In this document: positions 1 to 9,628 of the stretch, piece by piece
Layout of the letters: every line of letters begins with the position of its first letter
Numbering within the stretch: the first letter of the stretch is position 1
DNA from: an uncultured Planctomycetales bacterium
Lineage (GTDB): Bacteria; Omnitrophota; Gorgyraeia; Zapsychrales; Zapsychraceae
Assembly (NCBI GenBank): GCA_964535935.1
Contig: CAZHWM010000004.1
Span: 47,569-111,568, forward strand
DNA: 64,000 bases
Direction: 5' to 3'
Notes under the pieces: generated by a model
The model's database searches: none
Told to the model about the DNA's origin: nothing
Seen by the model: only the letters and a program-made list of their open reading frames with translations
Made by a program: the position numbers and the translations under genes

Positions 1-25
1 CATATAAAGGTATATAAAATAAACT

Positions 26-460
26 ATGGTAGAAAAAACTTATATGTTAAAAGAAAAGGATATCAACCCGAGTTGTTATCTGATTGATGCATCTGGGAAG
101 GTATTAGGTAAAGTGGCAGTTAAGGCAGCAGAGATTTTACGTGGGAAGCATAAACCTACGTATACCCCGCATGTTGCCTGTGGTGATATGGTAGTGATTA
201 TTAATGCAGAAAAGGTAAGAGTAACTGGTAAGAAGATGGAACAGAAAGAATATCAGAGATATTCTGGATTTCATGGTGGCCAGAAGGTTTTAAAATTAAA
301 AGAGCTTCTTGCCAAGTCTCCCGAACAGGTTTTGCGTTTGGCAGTGAATCGTATGATTCCCAGTGGTCCTCTTGGGAATAAAATAAGAAGACGACTTAAG
401 GTTTATGCTGGTGCTGAACATCCTCATCAGGCACAGAAACCCATTCTTTTGGAAGTATAG
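26..460 (+). CDS. rplM: 50S ribosomal protein L13
   Basis: LRGKHKPTYTPHVACGD and HPHQAQKP motifs; adjacent to S9. Confidence 0.98.
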   Translation: MVEKTYMLKEKDINPSCYLIDASGKVLGKVAVKAAEILRGKHKPTYTPHVACGDMVVIINAEKVRVTGKKMEQKEYQRYSGFHGGQKVLKLKELLAKSPEQVLRLAVNRMIPSGPLGNKIRRRLKVYAGAEHPHQAQKPILLEV

Positions 461-522
461 GGTTAGCAAATAGAAGAATAATGGTTTAATATAAATCTTT
501 AATTTTGGAGAGAGCAGGGGCT

Positions 523-918
523 ATGGTGGAAATAGTAAAATATGGAGCAACAGGTCGAAGAAAAAGTTCTGTAGCAAGAGTAAATATTACTCCGGGTACA
601 GGAAGAATAGTTGTTAATAAGCGACCGTTTGAGAAATATTTTCCAAGAGAGGTTGATAGGATTGTTATTTTAGAGCCTATGGCTATCACGAACACACTTA
701 ATAAATTTGATGTGGAGGCAAAGATTACAGGTGGTGGGATTACAGGTCAGGTAGGTGCCTTCAGGCTGGGGTTATCAAGGGCGTTGGCATTATGCGATCC
801 AGAGAATAAGGCAATATTGAGAAAGGCTGAGATGTTGAGGCGCGACCCAAGGATGAAAGAGAGGCAGAAGCCAGGTCAGAAAGGTGCAAGGAAGAAGTTT
901 CAGTGGGTTAAGCGTTAG
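523..918 (+). CDS. rpsI: 30S ribosomal protein S9
   Basis: GRRKSSVARV, GGG..GQ and RDPRMKER..PG.KGARKKFQWVKR motifs; ATG at 523 preferred over the TTG at 505. Confidence 0.97.
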   Translation: MVEIVKYGATGRRKSSVARVNITPGTGRIVVNKRPFEKYFPREVDRIVILEPMAITNTLNKFDVEAKITGGGITGQVGAFRLGLSRALALCDPENKAILRKAEMLRRDPRMKERQKPGQKGARKKFQWVKR

Positions 919-1015
919 TTTACATTAGCAGCAACAGCAAGAGTTGTTTTGAACTGTATTTATTCAAATAAAATTTAGAACCGTGTTAAAATGCACGGAG
1001 ATAATGAAGTTAAAT

Positions 1016-1102
1016 AACCTATCTCTGAGGGATGGCTGTTGTAAGCTACGGATATACCCATGGCTTTTACAGTCATAAAAAAGTTGACGAGATAGGTTTT
1101 TT
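1016..1102 (+). terminator. Long hairpin with T-tract downstream of rpsI (probable terminator)
   Basis: AACCTATCTC (1016-1025) pairs with GAGATAGGTT (1089-1098), enclosing an inner stem ATGGCTGT/ACAGTCAT; followed by a T run. Confidence 0.6.
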
Positions 1103-1258
1103 ATTTTAATATACTTATCATTTATATCGTCGGATCAAAAAAATAATAAAATTTTATTATAAGATATGATGGTTATATCTTTTAAGAATAACTACGTATG
1201 GTTTTTTGTAAATAATATACGATAGATTGGGCATAAAAAAATAGGAAAGGGTTTGATT

Positions 1259-2278
1259 ATGATAAGAGTAGGGATTGTAGGGGTAAGTGGCTATACAGGT
1301 ACTACTATATTGGAGCTATTATTGAGGCATCCAGATGTGCATATTTCTTATGTAAGCGCTAATGATGTTTCTGGTAGGTTGCAGGATATTTTACCTCAGT
1401 TAAAGTATGCTCCCAATCTTGAGGTTAAAAATTATGATGATGGTCCGGCAATAGAGTTATGCGATGTTGTTTTTTTGGCCGTTCCACATAGAGTGGCTAT
1501 GGGGATAGCGCCGAAATTGATTAGGGCAGGTAAACGTGTTATTGATTTAAGTGCAGATTATAGACTTGATAAGGCAATCGAATATAAAAAGTGGTATGGG
1601 GTAAAGCATATAGATCAGGCTAATCTCCGTAAAGCAGTTTATGGTCTGCCTGAATTGTATAGGATTAATATACGTGATGCAAAGCTAATTGCAAATCCTG
1701 GTTGTTATCCTACAGCAGCTATATTGGCATTGGCACCTATTGTATCTGTATATGGAGCAGATATTAGTTCGATTATTGTTGATGCGAAGACAGGGGTAAG
1801 TGGGGCTGGGAGAAAGGCTAATCTAAGTTTAATGTTTTGTGAGGTCAATGAAAATTGTAGGGCTTATAAAGTATTAAAACACCAGCATACCCCAGAGATT
1901 GATTTATATTTGTCAAAGATTTCGGCAAAACCCATTCATATAGATTTTGTGCCCCATTTATTGCCGATAAATCGGGGTATATTGGAGACGATTTATGTTA
2001 GACTGGATCAAAAAATTTCTTTTTCTTCTTTGGTGACTATTTACAAAAGGTTTTATAAGACTGAACATTTTGTCCGTATTTTCGATACAGGCACACAGCC
2101 AGAGTTAAAGAATGTAGTACGTAGTAATTATTGTGACATAGGATTAGAGATAGGAGATGATGGTCATATAGCAGTTATAACAAGCGCAATTGATAATTTG
2201 GTCAAAGGTGCAGCAGGACAGGCAGTACAGAATATGAATATTATGTATGGAGTTAAAGAAGAGACTGCATTAATATAA
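1259..2278 (+). CDS. argC: N-acetyl-gamma-glutamyl-phosphate reductase
   Basis: GVSGYTG, IANPGCYPTA, GVSGAGRK and DNLVKGAAGQAVQNMN motifs. Confidence 0.97.
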   Translation: MIRVGIVGVSGYTGTTILELLLRHPDVHISYVSANDVSGRLQDILPQLKYAPNLEVKNYDDGPAIELCDVVFLAVPHRVAMGIAPKLIRAGKRVIDLSADYRLDKAIEYKKWYGVKHIDQANLRKAVYGLPELYRINIRDAKLIANPGCYPTAAILALAPIVSVYGADISSIIVDAKTGVSGAGRKANLSLMFCEVNENCRAYKVLKHQHTPEIDLYLSKISAKPIHIDFVPHLLPINRGILETIYVRLDQKISFSSLVTIYKRFYKTEHFVRIFDTGTQPELKNVVRSNYCDIGLEIGDDGHIAVITSAIDNLVKGAAGQAVQNMNIMYGVKEETALI

Positions 2279-2291
2279 GAGAAGGTGTATT

Positions 2292-3431
2292 ATGAACATA
2301 ATAAAAGGCGGAGTAACCAAACCACAAGGATTTAAGGCTAACGGACTTTGTTGTGGGATAAAGCGTTCTGGAAAGCCCGATCTGGGATTGATTTTTTCTG
2401 AAAAGGAAGCAGTTACGGTAGGGGTTTTTACCAGAAATTCTATTAAAGCTGCACCTCTTAAGGTAAGTCAACGACATTTAAGGGATAATAAGGCAAGGGC
2501 TATTATTGTTAATAGTGGTAATGCTAATTGTCTTACTGCTTGTGGTATTGATTATGCAGAGCGGACAGCTAAACTTATTGCAGAAAAACTTAATATAGGC
2601 GTAACAGATGTGGTTGTAGCATCCACAGGTATTATTGGGAAACCTTTGCCTTATAAGAAAATAGAGAACTCTGCATCAAGATTAGTTGAAGGGTTGAGGA
2701 CACGTAATGCAGATGAGTTCGCTAGGTCCATTCTCACTACAGATACAAGAACGAAACAGGTATGTGTCCGTCTTTCTGTCGGCGGTACTCATGTTACTAT
2801 TGGTGCTTGTGCAAAAGGGTCAGGTATGATTGCTCCTGATATGGCAACCATGTTGGCTTTTATTACCACTGATGTTGCAATTACTGCTAAAATGTTAAAA
2901 CTGGCTTTAAAAAAGGCAACAGAACGATCTTTTAATTGCATAAGTATTGATGGATGTATGAGTACAAATGATATGGTAGTAGTTATGGCTAATGGTTTAG
3001 CCTCTAATAGGTTGATTGGATGTGAGGGGCAAGATTTTGATTCGTTTTGCAAAGGATTGGAGTTTGTATGTCTGGAGCTTGCAAAAAAGATAGTTTTGGA
3101 TGGGGAAGGTGCCACCAAGTTTATAGAAATAAACGTGAATGGTGCCAAGACTTCTACTCAGGCAAAAAAGATTGCTATGGCTGTGGCTAATTCCAGTCTG
3201 GTTAAGACTGCTGCTTATGGCAGTAATCCTAATTGGGGGCGTGTGGCAGCAGCGGTAGGCTCATTAGGAATTTCTAATATTACTGAAGAGACAATGAAAA
3301 TAAATTTTTCTCCTTTCTCTAGAAAAAATATTACTATAAGTATTGCTCTATCTTTAGGAGATGGAGAGGCTACTGTTTATACCTCTGATTTAAGTAAGGA
3401 GTATATAGAGATAAATGGACGATATAATTAA
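2292..3431 (+). CDS. argJ: Ornithine acetyltransferase / N-acetylglutamate synthase ArgJ
   Basis: NSGNAN, KGSGMIAPDMATML autoproteolysis motif, STND, DGEGATK, NWGR. Confidence 0.96.
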   Translation: MNIIKGGVTKPQGFKANGLCCGIKRSGKPDLGLIFSEKEAVTVGVFTRNSIKAAPLKVSQRHLRDNKARAIIVNSGNANCLTACGIDYAERTAKLIAEKLNIGVTDVVVASTGIIGKPLPYKKIENSASRLVEGLRTRNADEFARSILTTDTRTKQVCVRLSVGGTHVTIGACAKGSGMIAPDMATMLAFITTDVAITAKMLKLALKKATERSFNCISIDGCMSTNDMVVVMANGLASNRLIGCEGQDFDSFCKGLEFVCLELAKKIVLDGEGATKFIEINVNGAKTSTQAKKIAMAVANSSLVKTAAYGSNPNWGRVAAAVGSLGISNITEETMKINFSPFSRKNITISIALSLGDGEATVYTSDLSKEYIEINGRYN

Positions 3432-4269
3432 AAAGGCTGCTGTTCTCATTGAGGCTATCCCTTATATACACGCATTTCGCAAAAAGATATTTGTGATAAA
3501 GTATGGGGGCAGTATATTAGATAATGATGGAATTAGAAAAAATGTTCTTGAGGATGTAGTTTTTTTAAGTTATGTAGGAATTCGTACAGTAGTAGTTCAT
3601 GGAGGAGGCCCACATATAAGTAGTCGTTTAAAAAAAGCAGGCTTGAAGTCGGAATTTCATCAGGGCATTCGTGTTACAGATGAAGCAACTCTTAGGATAG
3701 TAAGTGAGGAGCTTAGTAAACTTAATAGGAAACTTGTTAAGGAAATAACGGACTTGAAGGGAGATGTTACTGGTTTAGAGGGAGATGAGAATTTAATTCG
3801 TGTTAAGAAGCGTGAGGCATCTAAGGATTTAGGTTTTGTTGGCAGTATAACCTCTATTGATAAGAATGCCTTTGATGTTCATTTACGCCAAGGACTTATT
3901 ACTGTTGTTTCCCCTATGGGAATTACTGAAGATGGGCAACTTTATAACATTAATGCAGATGAGGTTGCCAGTGCTATAGCAATTGAGATGAAGGCAGAGA
4001 AATTGGTTTTACTGACTAATGTCGTAGGTGTTCTTCGTGAATCTGATAACTCAGAGTCTCTTATTTCTACTCTTACTGTGGATGAAATAGAGGATCTTAT
4101 AAAAATGAATGTTATTCAAGGAGGGATGATACCAAAGGTTAATGCATGTATTGAGGCTCTTGAAGGTGGTGTTAAGAAAACACATATTTTGGACGCAAGA
4201 ATACAGCATGCGCTTTTGCTTGAGTTTTTTACCAATCAGGGTATAGGTACCCAGATATTGAAGCAATAA
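3415..4269 (+). CDS. argB: Acetylglutamate kinase
   Basis: VIKYGGS, VHGGGP, NINAD and GGMIPK motifs. Confidence 0.97.
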   Translation: MDDIIKKAAVLIEAIPYIHAFRKKIFVIKYGGSILDNDGIRKNVLEDVVFLSYVGIRTVVVHGGGPHISSRLKKAGLKSEFHQGIRVTDEATLRIVSEELSKLNRKLVKEITDLKGDVTGLEGDENLIRVKKREASKDLGFVGSITSIDKNAFDVHLRQGLITVVSPMGITEDGQLYNINADEVASAIAIEMKAEKLVLLTNVVGVLRESDNSESLISTLTVDEIEDLIKMNVIQGGMIPKVNACIEALEGGVKKTHILDARIQHALLLEFFTNQGIGTQILKQ

Positions 4270-4297
4270 AGTATTATATAATATATAATACTTTATT
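4265..4297. repeat. Perfect AT-rich palindrome (16-bp arms, 1-nt spacer) overlapping the argB stop
   Basis: AATAAAGTATTATATA-A-TATATAATACTTTATT. Confidence 0.85.
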
Positions 4298-4346
4298 ATA
4301 CAAATAAATTTTGTAACTTTATAAAAAATATATAGTTATTATAATC

Positions 4347-5558
4347 ATGAAGAAACAGGACATTATTAGCAATTATGATAAATATATCCTATCAACATAT
4401 ACACGAACGCCTGCGATTTTTGTTAAAGGTAAGGGAATGACGCTTATAGATATATCAGGGAAGAAATATCTTGATTTTTTCCCTGGATGGGGTGTGAGTA
4501 ATGTAGGCCATTGCCATCCGAAGGTTATGAGTGCTGTGCGTGATCAGGTTTCTAAGCTAATTCACATACCTAACAATTTTTATCATCCAAATCAGGTAAA
4601 ACTAGCAAAAGAAATTATTCGCTGTTCATTTCCAGGCAAGGTTTTCTTTTGTAACAGTGGTGCAGAAGGGTGTGAGGCTGCTATTAAGTTTGCAAGGGCA
4701 TATGGTAATAAATGTCCTTCGTCGCAGGATAAGAGTAAGCTACGCTATAAGATAATAACAATGAAAGGGTCTTTTCATGGTAGAACGTTAGCTGCACTTG
4801 CTGCGACAGGGCAGGAGAAATATCAACAGGGGTTTCATCCATTGCCTGAGGGGTTTAAGGCAGTAGATTTTAATGATATCAATGCATTATCTTCTGCTGT
4901 TGATGATGAGACAGTTGCAGTAATGATGGAATTGGTGCAGGGAGAAGGCGGGGTTAATGTAGCTGATAAAGAATATGTCAGGGCTGTTAGGAAGTTGTGT
5001 GATGAGAAGCAAATTTTGCTAATTTTCGATGAGGTCCAGACAGGTATGGGGAGGACAGGTGAGATGTTTGCGTTTAAGCATTATGGGGTTACGCCTGATT
5101 TAATGGTATTGGCAAAGGCATTAGGAGGAGGTTTACCTATAGGGGCGTTGGTGGCAAAAGAAGAAATAGCTGATACCTTTAAACCTGGAATGCATGCCTC
5201 TACTTTTGGTGGGAGCCCATTGGTGTGTAAGGCAGCATTGGGTGTATTTAAGGCAATACATTCAGATAAGATGCTTCGTAATGCTAGAGAGATGGGTGTA
5301 TATATGATGGAACGGTTGCAAGAGTTAAAGAATATATTTGGTTGTATAATAGATGTGCGCGGGCTTGGTCTAATGATAGGGATAGAATTGGATAGAGATG
5401 GGGTACCAATAGTTGATGAGTGTTTTAAGAACGGTCTTATTATTAATTGTACGCAGGGCAATATTTTGCGGTTTATGCCTGCATTAAATGTAGGCAAGAA
5501 ACAGGCAAATAAGGCATTGTATATTTTAGAAAATGCCTTTAAAAAAATAATGGGGTAA
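4347..5558 (+). CDS. argD: Acetylornithine aminotransferase
   Basis: NSGAEG, SFHGRT, DEVQTGMGRTG, PLP lysine in LAKALGGG, STFGG; arg operon context. Confidence 0.95.
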   Translation: MKKQDIISNYDKYILSTYTRTPAIFVKGKGMTLIDISGKKYLDFFPGWGVSNVGHCHPKVMSAVRDQVSKLIHIPNNFYHPNQVKLAKEIIRCSFPGKVFFCNSGAEGCEAAIKFARAYGNKCPSSQDKSKLRYKIITMKGSFHGRTLAALAATGQEKYQQGFHPLPEGFKAVDFNDINALSSAVDDETVAVMMELVQGEGGVNVADKEYVRAVRKLCDEKQILLIFDEVQTGMGRTGEMFAFKHYGVTPDLMVLAKALGGGLPIGALVAKEEIADTFKPGMHASTFGGSPLVCKAALGVFKAIHSDKMLRNAREMGVYMMERLQELKNIFGCIIDVRGLGLMIGIELDRDGVPIVDECFKNGLIINCTQGNILRFMPALNVGKKQANKALYILENAFKKIMG

Positions 5559-5596
5559 AATACAATATTGTTTAATTTATATTTTAAGTATATAAA

Positions 5597-6517
5597 ATGA
5601 AAAGAGACTTGATAAGCCTTAAGAACCTTACAAGGCAAGAGATACTTGGTATTATAGAACTTACAGAATCTTTAAAGAATGGAGAATTAAAAGAGTGTGG
5701 CCAACTTAATGGGCAATCAGTAGCCCTTTTATTTCAAAAACCATCTAATCGGACCCGCGTCTCTTTTGAGGTCGGGATATGGCAGTTAGGAGGCAATTGT
5801 ATTTACTTGGGGCCTAAGGAGATACGACTTGGCGTAAGAGAGTCGGCAAAAGACGTTGCCAAGACATTAAGCAGATACCTTGACGCCATTGTGGCAAGGA
5901 CATATACTCATCAGGATGTTGTAAACTTGGCAGAGAATGCAGATATACCTATTATAAATGGTCTTTCAGATATGTTTCATCCGTGTCAGGCATTAACAGA
6001 TATTTTTTCAATAAAAGAGAAGTTTGGCAGGATAGATGGTATCAAGATAGCTTATGTGGGAGATGGTAATAATGTATGTCATTCATTAATGCTTGCATGT
6101 TCTAAGATAGGAATGGATATCAATATTGCTACACCTAAAGGATATGAACCAAAACAGGAAGTTGTAACACTTGCAAACGAATCTGCATCATTGACAGGTG
6201 CTAATATTACATTAACTAATAATCCAGAACAGGCAGTCGAAGGTGTAGATGTTGTATATGCAGATGTATGGGTGAGCATGGGGCAGGAGGCGGAAGAAGA
6301 AAAAAGATTGACAGATTTTGAGGGATTCCAGATTAATTCTAAACTTATAGAATTTGCAAATAAAAATTATATCTTTATGCACTGTCTGCCAGCACATCGA
6401 GGGCAAGAGGTTGCTGATGATATTATAGATGGCCAACATTCCATAGTCTTCGACCAGGCAGAGAACAGACTACATATGCAGAAGGCTATCCTTTTATTTT
6501 TATTAGGCAGAAATTAG
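5597..6517 (+). CDS. argF: Ornithine carbamoyltransferase
   Basis: PSNRTR, HPCQ, WVSMG, HCLP and QAENR motifs. Confidence 0.97.
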   Translation: MKRDLISLKNLTRQEILGIIELTESLKNGELKECGQLNGQSVALLFQKPSNRTRVSFEVGIWQLGGNCIYLGPKEIRLGVRESAKDVAKTLSRYLDAIVARTYTHQDVVNLAENADIPIINGLSDMFHPCQALTDIFSIKEKFGRIDGIKIAYVGDGNNVCHSLMLACSKIGMDINIATPKGYEPKQEVVTLANESASLTGANITLTNNPEQAVEGVDVVYADVWVSMGQEAEEEKRLTDFEGFQINSKLIEFANKNYIFMHCLPAHRGQEVADDIIDGQHSIVFDQAENRLHMQKAILLFLLGRN

Positions 6518-6601
6518 TAGAAGTGTTTTAGTGCAATTTTAAATTAAGGTTGGGCTATTGAAAGATTTTTATAGATTTTATTTGGACTGAAAGGGATACA
6601 T

Positions 6602-7771
6602 ATGAAAAAGATTATTCTTGCTTATTCCGGGGGATTGGACACTTCATGTGCGATTAAATGGCTGAAAGATAAAGGCTATGATGTTGTTGCCTTTATTGCA
6701 GATGTTGGGCAACAAGATGATTTCAAAAAAATAGAAAAACGTGCACTTAAAACAGGTGCATCGAAAGTCTATGTTCTTGATCTTAAAAAAGAGTTTGTAG
6801 TAGATTATGTTTTCCCTGCATTAAGGGCGTCTGCAGTTTATGAGAAAAAGTATTTGCTTGCTACGGCTCTTTCTAGACCATTGATTGCCAAACATCAGGT
6901 CAAGATAGCTCGTAAAGAAAAGGCAAAGGCTATTGCACATGGATGTACAGGCAAGGGAAATGACCAAGTAAGATTTGAGGCAACAGTATCTCTTCTGGCC
7001 CCTAAACTTGAGCAGATAGCGCCTGTGCGCATATGGGAGTTTAATACACGAGAAGAAGAGATAGAGTATGCCAAAAAATATAATATCCCGGTTGATGTGA
7101 CCAAGAAAAGCCCTTATAGTATTGATAAGAATCTTTACGGTAGATCCATTGAATGTGGTGTGTTGGAAGATCCATGGCATGAACCGCCAGAGGAGATATA
7201 TCAGATGACAGTATCTCCTGAAGATGCGCCGGCCAAGCCGGCATATATCGAGATAGATTTTACTCATGGACTACCCAAATTAGTGAACGGTAAAAAATAC
7301 AGTCCGGTTGATTTGATATGTATGCTTAACAGAATAGGTGGACAGAATGGTGTGGGTCGTGTTGATATGGTTGAAAACAGATTAGTAGGGATAAAGTCTA
7401 GAGAGATTTATGAGAATCCTGCAGGGACCATATTGCATATTGCACATGAGGCATTAGAAGACCTTGTCCTTGATAGGGAAACACTTCATTATAAACAGGC
7501 ATTGTCTATGAAGTATGCTGAATTGGTTTATTATGGATTATGGGAAACACCGTTGAGGTGCCAATTGGATGCATATTTTTCTGAAGTTCAAAAAGAGGTT
7601 ACAGGTACGGTTAGGCTAAAACTTTATAAAGGCAACTGTATAGTAGTAGGCCGCAAATCTCCTTATTCAAGATATAAAGAAGAGATGGCTACATATGGGG
7701 ATAAAGATGCCTTTGATCATAAAATGGCAGAAGGCTTTATTCGGCTATGGACAATGCCATTTCAAAAATGA
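6602..7771 (+). CDS. argG: Argininosuccinate synthase
   Basis: AYSGGLDTS, HGCTGKGNDQVRFE and ENRLVGIKSREIYE motifs. Confidence 0.98.
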   Translation: MKKIILAYSGGLDTSCAIKWLKDKGYDVVAFIADVGQQDDFKKIEKRALKTGASKVYVLDLKKEFVVDYVFPALRASAVYEKKYLLATALSRPLIAKHQVKIARKEKAKAIAHGCTGKGNDQVRFEATVSLLAPKLEQIAPVRIWEFNTREEEIEYAKKYNIPVDVTKKSPYSIDKNLYGRSIECGVLEDPWHEPPEEIYQMTVSPEDAPAKPAYIEIDFTHGLPKLVNGKKYSPVDLICMLNRIGGQNGVGRVDMVENRLVGIKSREIYENPAGTILHIAHEALEDLVLDRETLHYKQALSMKYAELVYYGLWETPLRCQLDAYFSEVQKEVTGTVRLKLYKGNCIVVGRKSPYSRYKEEMATYGDKDAFDHKMAEGFIRLWTMPFQK

Positions 7772-9165
7772 AAAAAGATAAAAATACAATTACAGCAAAA
7801 TTTTGGGGGAGCCGTTTTTCAAAAAAAACAGATAAACTAGCAGATAAGTTTAGTTTTAGTATCTCATATGATAGCAGACTAGGAGTATATGATTGTCTTG
7901 TAGGTATTGCCCACGCAAAGATGTTAGGGCAATGTAAGATAATAGGTAAAAAAGACAGTCAGGCTATCGTATCAGGACTAAGGCATATCCTTCAGCAGAT
8001 AAAAAAAGGCGAATTTGTATTTGATCCAACAGCAGAAGATGTTCATACCAGTATTCAATCCGCACTTAAGCAGCTTATTGGCCCTGCCGCAGACAGGCTA
8101 CATACTGCACGTTCCAGAAATGATCTTATAGTTTCTGACATGAAACTATATTGCAGGGATGAGGTCTCCTGTATAGTTGAGGCGGTTAAAAAATTGCAGG
8201 TTTCCATTGTAAGATTTGCCGAAAAAAATCAAGATGTAATTATACCTGCATATACTCATCTACAATCAGCTCAGGTGGTGTTGTTATCTCATCATATGTT
8301 GGCTTATGTAGAGATGTTTCAACGCGATAGGGAGCGGCTTTTGGATGCCTTTAAGCGTATGGATACAATGCCGTTGGGGAGCTGTGCATTATCAGGCACA
8401 TCCCTTCCCATTGACAGGGGCTCTGTTGCAAAACAATTAGGGTTTGGATCACCAACACCTAATAGTATAGATTCGGTAAGCGACAGGGATTTTATTATTG
8501 AGTTGATATCAGCGTTGGCCATAATGCATATGCATTTTTCCCGTATAGCAGAAGATCTTATTTTATGGGCGACAAGTGAGTTTAATTTTATAGACATAGA
8601 TTTTTCAATGTGCACAGGCTCATCAATTATGCCTCATAAGAAAAACCCTGATATATTAGAGCTTATTAGAGGAGAGACTGCGGGTGCATACAGCAGGCTT
8701 AATGAGATACTTGTCCTTATGAAAGGCTTGCCATTCACATATAATCGTGACATGCAGTTGGACAAACCGCCTCTTTTTTTGTCAATCGATAAGGCAAAAG
8801 ATATACTTGAATTGTTTGCAAGGCTGTTTTCTGGACTTAAGGTAAAAGAAGAAATTTTATCTAATTGCACAAATAACGAGTCGTTCTTTTCTGTTGATAT
8901 TATGGAATACTTGATAAAGAAAGGTGTTGCATATCGACAAGCACATGACATAGTGGGGTCTATGATAAGAGAATGCCTTGATAAAGGACGTAAAATATCA
9001 TCCCTTACAAAAGAAGAATTAAAGAGATTCTCACCTGAATTTGATGAGGATGTAAAACAACTTCTAAATCCTCAAACCTCTGTTAAGATTAAAGCCTCCT
9101 TTGGTTCAACAAATCCGGGAATGGTTAAAAAACAGATTGAGGCATGGAAGAAGAGGTTAAAGTGA
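7768..9165 (+). CDS. argH: Argininosuccinate lyase
   Basis: LHTARSRND, YTHLQ, GSSIMPHKKNPD and YNRD motifs; the ATG at 7768 overlaps the argG stop (ATGA). Confidence 0.97.
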   Translation: MKKDKNTITAKFWGSRFSKKTDKLADKFSFSISYDSRLGVYDCLVGIAHAKMLGQCKIIGKKDSQAIVSGLRHILQQIKKGEFVFDPTAEDVHTSIQSALKQLIGPAADRLHTARSRNDLIVSDMKLYCRDEVSCIVEAVKKLQVSIVRFAEKNQDVIIPAYTHLQSAQVVLLSHHMLAYVEMFQRDRERLLDAFKRMDTMPLGSCALSGTSLPIDRGSVAKQLGFGSPTPNSIDSVSDRDFIIELISALAIMHMHFSRIAEDLILWATSEFNFIDIDFSMCTGSSIMPHKKNPDILELIRGETAGAYSRLNEILVLMKGLPFTYNRDMQLDKPPLFLSIDKAKDILELFARLFSGLKVKEEILSNCTNNESFFSVDIMEYLIKKGVAYRQAHDIVGSMIRECLDKGRKISSLTKEELKRFSPEFDEDVKQLLNPQTSVKIKASFGSTNPGMVKKQIEAWKKRLK

Positions 9166-9510
9166 AGCTATATTTGTATAGGTATTTTGGAGATGAGTTA
9201 TGTTATAAAATTACTCCGTCCGTTTTATATAAATTTAGGCAAAAGATATATAAAATTTTCGAAGATATATTTCCTTGATACAGGTTTGTTGTGTCATTTT
9301 TGGGGATACGGTCTTCTAAAGAAATAGGTTTTCATGCATTAAGAGGCGATATATTTGAATCCTTGAAAGTAGGTTTTAATAAAAGAATAAAAAATTTTTA
9401 AAATGGTGTTTGTTTTTATAAGTGGAAAAATTTTAATAAAGACCAAAAATATTTTGGCTAAGAAATTAAAAAATCCTTTTTTGACGAGGAGGTTGTAATA
9501 TTTAATTAAT

Positions 9511-9539
9511 TTGACCGGGCTTATCAGTTGTGATACATT
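9511..9539 (+). promoter_or_regulatory. Putative sigma70 promoter of the lysA-dap operon
   Basis: TTGACC - 17 bp - TACATT with an extended -10 TG. Confidence 0.5.
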
Positions 9540-9628
9540 GTACTTGAGGTATAAACTTCTATAAGAATGTAGAAGTAATGCATTATTTTTGAGGTTGCTC
9601 ACATAAAGAAAAAATAGGATGGAATTTA

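Noticed and set aside
920-1258. ARG boxes or an Arg-rich leader peptide before argC
   Set aside because: Only weak AT-rich resemblances; the short ORF MHGDNEVK has no Arg codons
9166-9628. Long argH-lysA spacer as a lysine riboswitch, or the 87-aa ORF at 9339-9602
   Set aside because: No L-box consensus is recognisable and the likely promoter lies only ~90 nt from lysA; the ORF is low-complexity AT-derived sequence with no SD
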